A stretch of 64,000 nucleotides of DNA, taken from the NCBI GenBank assembly GCA_036172245.1, contig JAYWIR010000034.1, positions 2,170,001 to 2,234,000 of the forward strand. The letters are read 5' to 3'. The position numbers and the translations under genes are program-made. The notes below the pieces were generated by a model, which did not search any database, was not told the DNA's origin, and was given only the letters and a program-made list of their open reading frames with translations. Origin of the DNA: Raillietiella orientalis (lineage: Eukaryota). Positions 50,101-62,067 of the stretch are shown here, in pieces; positions within the stretch are counted from its first letter, which is position 1; every line of letters begins with the position of its first letter.

Positions 50101-53100
50101 GCCCTTGGCAACAGGGCGTGGCCCTCCCGACGGCTGGGGATGCCGGCCTGCGTCCGCGGATTCGAGCGTCCCAGGGAGTCACCGGCCTGCAGGAAGAGAC
50201 CCCAGCGCGCAGGTCCTTCGCTCCCTCCGGGAAGCCGCAGCACCTGCGTCGGTGTCCCCGGGAGCTCCCGGCCCACGTGCGCCGCAGGGGGTAAGCAGGA
50301 GGCGTAGTCCGAGGGTGGGCAGAGGCTACTTGGAGCCATCGCCTTACTCCGATCGCCTTACTGGGACTCCGTTCCGTCCAAGAAACGCATGGGCCAGGTG
50401 GCTCGCAGCCTTCCGTTGTCGCGGGACCGGAAGTGCGGCCGAGCTGTCCGTCCGACTCCTGCGGTTCCCGAAGGAGCGCGGAAAGCCTGCAGCAACGGTG
50501 GACCTAGGATTGGAGCCCACAAGTTTCTGGCTTAGCGAACCCTACGGGAGACATGCCAGGTCACCTCGAGGGTCGGCACTGCGAAGGCTGCAGCTCAGCC
50601 CCCCTGGCGGATAAAGGCGGAACTTCAGGAAAGCACCGGAGCGTGGCGTTGCCCCTCCCCCCCTCCCAGCACTGTTTCTCCTCCAACACCAGCGGAGAGG
50701 AACCTGGAGGTGGGAACGAGGAACGCTGGGGGAGGATTGCAGATCTCGGCAAGTGCGCGGGAGCAGCGCGAGTCGCCAGGTGATGCGGACAGACGTCCTG
50801 ACGCACTCTCTGACTGGAAGTGGGAACAAGGGACGCTGGAAAATGGAACTCTAGACCTGCTCCGGGTTTTGAGAAGGAGACGCGCGCGAGGTGAGGAGGT
50901 GTGGCGCGGTGCGTAGGCTGCTGCAACGCTAAGGAACGCCGCTTGTGTGGATTCGGTTGCGCGCTCTGGAAGGCTGCAAAAATTCCAGTGCGTTGCCTCA
51001 GACTTCATAAAAAGGAAAAAAGGAAACAAGAAGGAAAAACTCCTGCATCGCTGAAAGCCCTCGGCAGAGACACTGAGGAGAAAGCAGCCCTCACATCACT
51101 TCCGGAAGGCAATCGGATGCTTCTCGCGGACAGTTTTCATTAGCATTTTTTCCTGCAGGACCGTTTCTTCTTCATCATTTTTTATCGGCGTCGTTCGAGG
51201 CCGCCCCTGGCTGGGAGGAGGCCGCCGTTATGGCCGTCGTTTCCTCGGGACGTAGCGCGCGCGTCGCTTTTTCTGCCTTGTATATTTCAATCTGATGGGA
51301 ATACGCGGTCGCGGAGGAAGAGCGAGAGGAGATGCTCCGATGCACAGTTGAAGAGCACTCGCAGTAAAAGGCGCCAATAAACGTCACGGAGGAAGACGAC
51401 GGGACGCGCAACGACGACCACGCGGGCGCGGCAAATGGTGCGACGAGGAGACGAATGGCGGGTCGCGTCTCCCTCTTGCGGCCGGGGAGTCCTGACCGGC
51501 GGCCAGCCGTTCGGCGCTTCCGCCGAGCCGGCCGGATCGAAGCGGAGGAAGTCCACGCTCGGGATCGTCTCGGGGGCCGGGGGAGAGGCAGGTCACGCGC
51601 TCTAGGTTTCTGCAAGCTGCCGCGGATGCCTGCCGCCGGGGCGGATGCGCGCCTCGGAGCACCTTAGCTCGGGAGAGAGGGGGCGCAGGAACGGAGGTCC
51701 CCGAATTCCCACGCAAACGCCTCGCTTCGCCTTCCAGTGCTCCCGGAAAGATGCGAAAATCCAATTTTCGCTCTGGGAGGTCCAGGGCATCGAAGGGAAC
51801 TGAGCGGAAACCTGGAGCAGGCGACGGATCTTCGGCTCAGAGTCGGGACTCTCGGAAGCAACAGCAGCAGGAGGAAGTCAAGCTGCACGGAAGGTCCTCC
51901 GACACTGCGCGGTCCCGCTGTGGCGGGACGAGGACGCGAAGTTGCGAGGGAGCGACTGGGTCCCCCTGGCTGCGCAGGGAACCGAGGAAAGCCGGCGCAC
52001 TGTCGCCTGTGGGGTTCTGCGTTCTCACCACACGGGGGGTTTGTCCCGAGAGCTGATGCTGCCCGGGGACCCTAGGAAGACCAGGTTCCGCGGCGACGAC
52101 TGGCCACGGCGCGCGCGAGCGGTTGGGTTCCTCGGCTGCGGTTCCTCGGTGCCACCGTACGCAGGTGGAGCCCACAGACGCATTCTGGTGCTGGGAGCTC
52201 TGAGAGGCGAGTGGCACCTTTCTCGGGAGAGGAGGGGGGGGGAGTCGGGCTGCTCAGGCCGCACCTCTGAGAGAGTTCTCGCCCAAAACCGGGACGATGG
52301 TGTGGCGTGCAGCGGGCGGAAGAAAAGGAGATCCACGGAGTTTCCCTTCCCGTGGCCGGTGCGCCACTCGGGTGCAGCACCACGGTGCGACGGCTCGCAG
52401 GGCATTTTCTCTTTGATGTAAGAGGTCTCAGGGGGTTCCAAGGCGGAGGAGGGTCCCGCAGGAACGCTTCCCGCCTCCTTTCGACGGGGGTGGTGGGATG
52501 GGAGTGGAGCTTCCGATGTTCTCCTCAGGTCGACTCGTAGAGACGCTTGAAATTGGTGCCATCACCTCTGCACCATCAGAGACGCTCACTCGGAAGAGGG
52601 GGGGGAACGGAGAGGGGAGTGAAACTCAAAAAAAGAGCCATGTGGTCTCGTTTGCTCGAGGAACCAGCGGGCTCCCCGCCCACGCAAAGCAGTTGGCACC
52701 ACCACTTTCAGCTCGCCTCACCTCGGTTCGAAGTGGACGTCGAAGAAGAAAAGGCAAGGGACCGCAGATTTCAATGCCGCTCACCGAGGGGTGGGTGGAC
52801 TCGATGACGGTGAACGCGCCTCTCTCGTCTGGCCGTCCGTCTCTTGGAGGCGACAAAAACGGGCTGCTGCTTGCCTTTGCTAGGCGGTGGTGGCAGCGTT
52901 TGTTCGTTTGTCGAACAACGCATTCCCGCGAACCTCGAACGCATCGAATGGGAACCCTCATCGTCACGGACAACCTATTTTTCCGGGCGCAGTGGGTCAA
53001 GTCGTAAAACAGCGAAATTTCCCCCAGTGTGCACGATCCGGCTATTTTTGCAAAACAAGGAAGGGGGGAGGGGAAGAAAAACATTGAGAAATGGAAATCT

Positions 53101-53103
53101 TAC

Positions 53104-53176
53104 CGGAAGTGGTTCTCACCAGTACACAAGAAATCAGCAATGCCAACCTCAGGAAAACGTGCGCTCCTGGTCTCAT
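53104..53176 (-). CDS. Coding exon 1 (signal peptide) of Klingon/Wrapper-like 3xIg+FN3 cell-adhesion gene
   Basis: ATG at 53176 with an in-frame TAA upstream. Translates MRPGAHVFLRLALLISCVLVRTTS (basic N-terminus, hydrophobic core, small residues). Ends at phase-1 donor G|GTAAGA, matching the phase-1 acceptor of the 47198 exon. Confidence 0.75.
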
Positions 53177-53699
53177 TGGGAATCTGATTCTACCTTATAA
53201 GCGTCGGAGGGAAACGGGCACATCCTGGTTACAGAATCCACAACAAGGAATTACTATTTTGATACGAGCTTCATTGCCGAAGCGTAAGAGCCACGCGGAA
53301 AAATGGTATGCTGTACACGGCAGTCAGAATATGCATGCCTCATGCCGGGCTGTGTTTTGGTTAACTGCTAAACCGCACACAGAGTACTAAGAATATCAAG
53401 GTGTGCATTCGGATCTGGGTGTAATGAAGCGTGAGGGATAATTCGGATAGCGGATGATAGATGGCAGGAACGCTGAGCGATTCGAAACGATTAGACTTTT
53501 CTGCAGAGATCAGATTTCCAATAGGAAATACAAATATTAACACTTGTCCTCCTCACCTATTGCTAGCTCACCCGGCTCATTAATGCCGACGAGAGGGATT
53601 CGAAAGAAATTATTCATCGGTCTTCCTCTTCATCGTGTTAGATGAAAGAGGAATGCAATAGAGGGGAAGGGTGGAACAGTTGGGGTGAATACTATCTGA

Positions 53700-55200
53700 A
53701 CTTCAAAACTTAAATTCAGAGGAATGGATGCTTTTCAGCTGTCTACAAAATCAGATCATTTTTTTGTCATAAATTGATGAGATGTTTTTGGATGAATCCG
53801 ATTGTGAAAAAGTGAACTCATCGTACGCTGATAACACGGTTTCCTATTGTAGGGATTTTTTTTATACCACTCTTCCTTGCATTTTTTAACGAAATTATTT
53901 AGCTTGAACTGAAAATGGTCGAAAGATTTCATATTGAACCAGATCACTTTTCTTCATCATCAGCATTCGTGTCACTCATGAGATCTTAATTATTCCAGTC
54001 TTCGCAGTTCACCTACGTACAACCACGTCGTTCTTGACCACCGATACCGTTCTTGCTAACCATTGCCGAAGAATCAGAAAGCACAGATGTTTCAGACGTG
54101 CATTTTTATCTAGAGAGTGTTTTATTCCGGGAGTACATTATGTTTTATTCAGGGATTCACCTTGAATTCACTCTTCTTCCTTTACAAAGCCATTCGCACT
54201 TGGAGCACGTATACAGCCCTAATGTATATTTGGAGGACACGAGCTCTTCAAGTACTAGTACACAATTACAAGTAAACATTGGTTACAGAGTCACTTTTCT
54301 TAGCTCTGCTCGAGGCAAGACTTTCCCTGAGACTTGCAGAAAATGAAGAATGAGCAAGAATCTCTGCAGAACAGTCTGAGAGTCACTCCCAAGTAGTTAT
54401 CATGGAAGATACACTGCGTCAGTTACTTCTTGCTACTGCTGCAACGCTTTTGGGCATGGAACTGTGTACCAGTGTCCCAGAGCTGTGCTGCAGCCTCTAA
54501 ACTGCCAGTCGTTTCCGTACTCACCTGCTGTTTCAAGAGGAGACGGTGCGCTACTTCGGTTCCTTCGAAGGTATTTATCCTCAAGCTTTCTATTTCATTT
54601 AAGAACAGAGAAACAAATAAGTTCATGTAAACGCCTTCTGGCGATGTGAATGTGCTATTCCGTAAGCTTCACATATGCCTCATGCGTTTGAATGAGAATT
54701 TGAAATTTTACAAATACGAAGGGTCCTCCCTGCCGAGACAACTAGGCTGGTTTTCCGATAGATTTCCAGGAGGCACATACGATCTTGCAGGACTTTTGCC
54801 ATAAGGGATTTTCCTCTACACTTTATCCTCAGAATCAGCTGTTTCTAGAGGTTTCGTAAGGGTTGAACCCTCTCACTGTGAATTCCGCCTCGTTCACATC
54901 AACTTAGGGTATTTTCCCATAATTCCACCAAGTGTTTGTCCACGATTCCAGTGATTGGATGAAGACTTACCATCCGCGTTTCGTGCCGTTCCAAGCATCT
55001 AGAACTTTCGAGAACGCAATCAGCCTTTCTGTGCAAACTGGTGAAAGAACAGTAGCAAAGAATGGAGACCTCTGAGTTTCTGCACCGTTTCGAGTCCTCC
55101 TGGTCGCATGGATTGCAGTGCCAGCACAAGAGGCACGTGATTTCGTTAGCAAAGCCCATGGCAGCTTCCTTCTTTAGCCCTACTGCACGTGGGTCAAACG
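53700..55200 (-). mobile_element. Decayed RTE-like RT upstream of exon 1
   Basis: ENQPSCLGR (E-x-Q-x-GFR-x-GR), LFCRDSCSFFIF (QGD-x-LSP-x-LF) and FKVNPE (L-x-IN-x-x-K) occur in order. Probably extends to about 57.5 kb. Confidence 0.45.
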
Positions 55201-58200
55201 TTGCATGAATCTCCATCCTATTGCTTGTTCACTAGATGCAAGATGGTTCCCTTGAAACGGTAATGCAGATCTTCCTTGGGGGTGGGTTCCTTCTTAGAGG
55301 ACTGAGCCCTACTACGTTTGGTTTCATAATTCTTGAAAGCAGGACTTGCTCAGGAGCATAAATTCTGCGGGTCCAACCGAGTCAGCAGCCCAGAGATCGG
55401 TGACGCTTATATTAGGGAGTTGAGGATCAGGAAAACATGAATATGGATGTGCGTTAAGAATTACCACAGCTGCAGAGAGCTTAAAATTCTCTTCCTGCAA
55501 GTCAGGAAGTTTCAAGAAAACAGAGGCTTCCTGGAGAAGTTTTGCACGAATCAGGAGAACTTGAGTTGCCATAGGGCTTATTTCTAATGTCAGTCCGTAA
55601 GTAGAGTATGGTGCATTTTTTACGCTGGGTTCACAAGGCAGTCTGCTCCTTCGAGGGCTCGGTTATGGGACTGCAACCCAATGCGGGTCATGGCTATGGA
55701 CACGAACCGAAATTGGTTGCTAGGCAAACCCATCTTGTTGGCTAGAAAAGGACCCGCATCGCCTTCTCCATTCCTTAGTGAGCCAGCTCAAGAAAAATGT
55801 TTTCGATAGGCCTACTGTTAAGTTTCCCTTGATTTCCGAATCACCAGTTATTGAGCCGAGCAGTTTTCGAGAATGCTGTTCTCCGGGATCCAAACACCGC
55901 GAACGCTTCAAGTCCGAGTTCAACTGGACGGCACACCATCGCATTGGCTTTCGAATTCCTCGAGAACATCGCAGAGCAAAGGAGAACTCGTGTTCCTCCC
56001 CCTCCGCAGTCCCAACAGTCCCACCCATCGCTGTTTCTTTCCTCTGGAATGAAGCACAAAGCCGGCAGTCTTTGGTAAAAACCGTGTTGCCTTTCAAATC
56101 CCCTGAGCAGACCTTCTCAAAAACCTTTCTTCAAGCATCGAAGCGGTCAAGTCAGATTTCTACAGGTGTCCCAACGTTCACGAAGGCGGACCTTGGCTCG
56201 GACTCTAGCTGTCAAGAGAGTGCAAGAGTCTCTTCTCTAGCACTTTCACCAAGAGCACTTTCTGGATTGAGCTCGGCGCAGTTCGTCATTCAGCACAGCT
56301 CGATTCCTTAGCTGTGAAATGGGCAGCAAGATGGGAGTGGAAGAGTCTTTTCTGACCTCTTATAGATTGAGAACTGGGAAAATGAATAAACCCTTTGTCT
56401 TCAGGGCTTTTGCCAACGGAAGTTATCCCTCTATCCTGGATAACGTAAGTGATTCAGGATGAAGGCTGTTCAGGATTACTGTAAATAAAAATTCGATTTG
56501 CGCTTAAGAGAGGGTAATCAAAGACCAGTGGAGGTGCGAAGCTCAGCCGGATCGACATAAAAAGATTGTTTCTTCTGTGATGAAAGAGATGCGAACCTTT
56601 TTCTCAGCGAGCAAATCTTACCCTTCAGTTCCATTTCGAAAGTGTGGATGTTGGAACGTTTTGTGTTTAAAAAGCCATTCCGTCGTGGTCATTGAGTTTA
56701 TTGGTGGATTTGGTTAGAGAGAATAACACCCCACATTGGATGCGCGTCTTGCTCCTGAATCTTCAGTCCCCTGTAGCGACCATATTCGTAGATTTCGTTA
56801 CTCAAACGCTGGGAAAGACCGGGGACAGTCATCGCCCGTGTAACTCACTGCACACAGAGGTTTATCATGTGAGAAATGATTTAGATGATAAAAATCCTTG
56901 TGGATTCTTCTGTTTTCGCCACTTTCCTTCTAGCTTTCTTTTATCATTTTTTTGGGGGGTTCGCTAGGAACCGTTCGCCTTCTTATGGGGGGCTCACAGA
57001 GTTCTTTGACACCGTCCACGCCACTCGAGGGTACGTGTAACTCTTCGGGTTATAGACGGTATGACAGATTGACAGGGTCACCCTATGAATACAGTAAGGC
57101 TCCGGAGCAAGGTATCCTCTCTTCTTACTTTTGATTGGGAACCTCGTCTTTGTTCTATCCAGAAGGATCCTGAAGAGGCGACCAGTCCTCGTTTCTTCCT
57201 TTTCTTCTTCGTTCCAAAAGGATGCCATACCACATTCCTCAGGATTCAATTCCTCTCACTGTGGCTTCGGTTTTGAATACCCCCTTGAGCAAAATAACTT
57301 CCAACGCCACTTCTTTCCATTGGAGATTGCGAACGTTTCTGGTTCACTATATATTACTGCCAGAGTTTCCTGCCTACAATTTTCGAGCCCCTTTAAAAAT
57401 CAAGGAACACCTTATGTCTTCTCAAGCTGTTCATGAGCCCTCCCTGCTTAGCAACAGGATATTAGGAATCTGCAGGTTGGTTCCAGTTTGGACTGCAGAG
57501 GATAAAGAAAGCGCCATCTTTCTGCCCATCGGGTTGTCTTCCATTTCAGCAATAATCATACCCATCCCATCTCTGAGGAGTCTGCCTGGAGTCCTTGAAA
57601 TGCTTCCTCTTTTGCAATAAAGGGATGACCGAAAGTCTCTGTCTTTTCCATCTCTCGCGCCACAAAGTAGAAAGGGAACCTTGGAAAACCCGGAGCTTCC
57701 TTTAGAGTTTTCCTTGGTGCTATTCATACCAAGTGTCATGTCTCACACAGTGTGCTCTTGAGTGACAGAATGAGGCTGCTAGCAGCTTCTTGAAGTCATT
57801 TTTGTGACCGGTTTGTTTTCGTATCCTATCTGATGATTCCAGTCTGGAATTCAAGGTGGATCTCTTAAATGGGAAAAATTCAAACGGATGGGTATTCCAT
57901 TTGACAGCAAAGGGTCAGTTACAGTTTCTGCACGCATCTTAACTCGCAATGAGCTCCGTGAAATGCTGCCTTCACGCTTCCTCGATGGAGTATGAAGTAG
58001 GTTCCACATCTCCCGTGAGATGAGTTTTTCCCCTTCCCCTACATTCGGACGCCTTCCACCCGTCGGCGACTTACCCCCTCCGACAGTCCAGCTAGGATCG
58101 GGTGTGAAGGCAACATTCTTCCATCCGCAGTAGCTATTGGACCCCCTCTAGGAGATTGGTGCAGTCTTCCCAGCGGGCGGAGCTACCAGTCGCAGTGCGA

Positions 58201-58449
58201 CAACCACCTTGCAGGTTGTCAAACTTTTCCCTCAATTCGAGTGTTCTTGCACGAGGACTCGCCGTCTATTCGGATGACGTCATGCACTCCACAGCACGTG
58301 TCGCAAACACATGCCTGGCAGTACTCAAGAGCTGGCCATGCAAAATATTGACCGCGGCACACACATTCATCACCTATGATTCCGCGCAGCTAAATTCCCA
58401 CAAGTTGGTTCCCCCCTATGTGCGCATACGCGCCTTCGTTTGGGACGTT

Positions 58450-59200
58450 TGGCCAGGTGCAAAACGTGCCCCTGTAGCAGCTGTTCTTGTCGGCTGGATA
58501 TCTGATTCTCTTCCCGCCTGTAGCCGACTTTAAACAGGTTGGAAGGAAGGACACAGGAAGACAACCGAAGTGCTCCGTCCTAAAGGATCGTGGAGACCAG
58601 GACCGCGGAGGCATCAAGATGCTCAGAAACGAGAAACCTCAGTTGGAATTCCGGGGACTGGAACGTCTCTATCTCTTCTATCGAAAAGAAGTTTGAAGGC
58701 AATTTTCTATTGAGTAAGCAATGATTCAGGAATGCTAAAGACGAAGCCATGGAATCGTGCTGAATTCGAATTCTGGAGACAAAAAAAATCGCTGGAGAGG
58801 TACCAAAGGTTTCCAAAGTACTTCCTTGTTTCTTGAAATGTCCAGACGAATTCTGGGAAAAATCATGAGCTCATTAGAGAACAAAGATGACTTAAAACAA
58901 TTTCACATCTATCATCATCTAAGATGTAAGCGGGCACCAACGCCTGACATCTTTCCAGCATGGTCAAGGGAACTCAAGACACCGAGAAAGACATCACCAA
59001 GGATCCATCCAACCATTCCTCCAGATGACTGTCCGAAGGAACAGCCCGAACGAACAAGGGGATGCCACACTTTGAAACGGAAGTGTTGCTCTCCGAAAGC
59101 TCCACCCGTGGATTCGCGGTTGTCCACTACCACTATTCGATCTACAAGCAGCGGTGCCTTTAGGAACGCGGAACGGAAGCACCGCACTAAACACCGCAGT
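58450..59200 (+). mobile_element. Decayed LINE endonuclease fragment
   Basis: KDRGDQDRGGIKML (DR...GGGV), KDDLKQFH (GDFN-x-H) and HPT (PT) occur in order. Confidence 0.4.
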
Positions 59201-60599
59201 TTCAGGTCGTAATCGTCAGATCAAGGATGCGAGCGACCGACCAGAATGACCCCTAGGTAAAAGTCACGCGACCAGCTCGCCGATCAAAGTACGCCAGCTC
59301 CAGGTACGAGTGACCCCGGCGCAAAATCTGCGGACGACTTGGCGGCTCCTACAGACGAAGGGATCAAGAGAGCCGAGGACCACATCCCATCAAGCGCACA
59401 TACAGCTTGTGTGTGTGTGTGTGGGGGGGGGGAATCTCCTGTCCCTCGCATCCTGCTGAAAGAAGGCACGCGGAAAGAAGAACGTTGCAGCTGTCCATGC
59501 GTTTCCAAGCTGAAAAATGGAATGACATTCTACGGGGAGCATCCTCGTATCAGTCGGGTTGATCGACAACCCTCGCTCCTCACTTCTGTCCACACAAACT
59601 GGAAGTCCCATTCCAGCAAGCCTCCAAGCGGAGGAAGGCGTCCTCCGTTTCGTTGACCATGCCAGCCAGACGGCCGGCATTGGTTTGCCCATTCACGTCT
59701 TGGAGTCTGCGGGTTCCGCGTCGGTGTAATCATTCAGGGCGGAGCGCCTCGTTGACACTTGCATGTAAGAACAGAACTCCGCAACAAACTTGAAGAGAAA
59801 CGTTTTCCTTCCTTCTGTCCAAACGGATTTAGGAGCGACCTCTTTGGATGGAATTTCGTCACGGATCCGGCGTCTGGATCCTCCAAACGAAAACTGCGCT
59901 CGGGAACTCCAGATGTCGCACGCCACACTGCTATGTGGAGTGGGTGGAAGGTCGTTTCTTCTTCCCTCCTCCAAGCCCCCCACTCCCCCTCATTGAACCC
60001 TTCCTGGTTCCCTGTTGCCGTCTTCGGGAAAGAGCGCGCCCGGTCCGGTGGACCTGGAGACCGCCTGAGCCCGCCTCTTCGACGGGAGCCACGCAGTCGA
60101 GGAGCTCCGGCGGAGACTGATGCCGGAGGGAACCCGTGCTGAAGTTTTTCCTGCGTAACGAAGACTTCCACGAGATCTTCCACTTGAGCAAGGAGGGGTT
60201 CGTATTGGAAGCAGGTTGCCAGGAAGAAGTCAGTTGGGTTGTACGCCTGAGGGTATGGACGCAAGAGGAAGAGGAGAGGGCTACGCGAAGAACACCAATG
60301 CGTGCACCAGACTTCTCCTCTTCCTCCCATTCCCGTCACCCCTTCGCTCTACTCTGCCCCCGCCTTCCCTTCCTCCTCTCCTGCCGCACGTTCGACGGTG
60401 GTGAACACCTCTCCGCCTGCAGAGCTTTTTTTTGTTTTTTTTCATCCCACCCTCTCCCGTCCTCGCGCCTTGGTGCCCGCGTTCCTCACGGACTCTCCCA
60501 GCCAAGACGCAAACTAGTAGGCGTTACAAGCATCTTCTCCATCCCCCGCCAATTTCGTGACTTCTAGTTAGTCGTTTCCGACCCACTGTTTCTTTTTCT

Positions 60600-61750
60600 C
60601 CACCCCTCCCTCCTCCGCTCGCATTGACAGTGACAACCGGCTGACGACCCATCCTCGAAAATTCATGCCGCGGAACTTGTCGCGGCTAAGGGGTCAGAGA
60701 GAGAAAACCCAAAGAGGATTCTTGCAGACCCCCGTTTTGGTACCTTTTTGTTGCGGAGTGCCCATTTGCCCGCGGCTGCCAGCACGCGCTCCAGAGGTCA
60801 CCTCTCGGAGTCCTTTGCTCAGTCGCGGGGAGTCCGCGCTTCCCTGGCCCACGTCTCGCTGGGCCTCGACTCGCCTGCCAGCTCGGCTCCCGACCCGCTT
60901 CCCGTCCCTGGCGACTGCACTCACCCTGCCTTTTTGGCAGCCCTTCGGTCCGTTTGGATGTCGTACTGGAATGCAGGCAAGTGTCTCTGGCTCTCGCCGA
61001 ACCTGCCATTTCCGCGTCTCCGGCAAGCCTCACGTTTCGGAGCCAGACGGAGGGAACCTCCGCCCTCTCCGATTTCGTCCCACTGCGCCACGTTTTGGGA
61101 GCCTCCCGATCCCCGGCTTTCCTGCACTTTTGAGCCTTCCTAATCTCCCGGATCTTGCCAAGCGGCTTCGCTTCCTCCAGCGAGAGCACCAGCGCCTTCC
61201 GCGTCTTGGTGGGGTCTGCACATGAACGCACATCCCGGCGCGCCCTGAGGAACCGAGACTTCCCCCTTTGCCCCTTCTTTTACGCTCTCCGAGTCCACAA
61301 CTTCTCCCAAGTGTTTTCTTCCGTGTGGAAATTCTTGCCCCCGGCGATCCACGGGGGCACTTCCAGCCAGATCTAATCCGATTCCGTCCGATTACCTCGG
61401 GTCGGTGTACAAGTTTGCACTCCTTGCTGGAATCCAGTTACGAAGGGGGAGTGATTAAACTGGACGGGAACAGCCGTTTGCCCGTCCTCAATTACGAGTG
61501 CGCGTCATGCCCCCAGGAATCCTCGGGACCGTCCCCGACGTGGGGGAAGCGAAATCGCGAGAGACTCTGCGAAACCTCGTCAGAGGTCATCGCTCTGGAG
61601 TTTCCTAGAGAGCGACCTAGCATGGATGCAACATCTTTCCCGAGAACGGATTCCCTGATCTTCGTCAAGACACTGCTTCCGTGGTCCAAGGAGACCTTGG
61701 ACGCAGCCTGCCCTTCGCTCACTTCCATTGCGCCGACCCCCATCCTCACC
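60600..61750 (-). mobile_element. Decayed RTE-like LINE, RT C-terminal half
   Basis: KHLG (KYLG), KPLGKIREI...AEVPSVWL (AF-x-KL-x-x-IW...A-x-V-x-SVL) and RANGH (W-x-GH) occur in order. Confidence 0.5.
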
Positions 61751-62067
61751 GGTAGCTCCAGGACGCCACTCCCTTCAAAAATAATCCTATAAAAAATCGG
61801 TAGGGTAGTTCCCGATGGAAGTGGACGAAAGTCTTCGGGGAGGGTTCCCCCACACTCAGGTTGAGCAAGCAGAGGGTTCGGAACGAAAGAGAGGGAACAA
61901 GGAATAGGTGCAAATAAGAAGGATGGGAAGGCAGGAAAGAGGGATCTTTGCTATGTCGGCCGTTCCTTCCTCTTTGCAACCTTCTCGAGATGTGGGGAGA
62001 GTACCCTGGAGGGTAAATGGGGCAGCTGGGTCCAATTCTCTGCAGTCTTCCCGAGGGGGACTAATAG

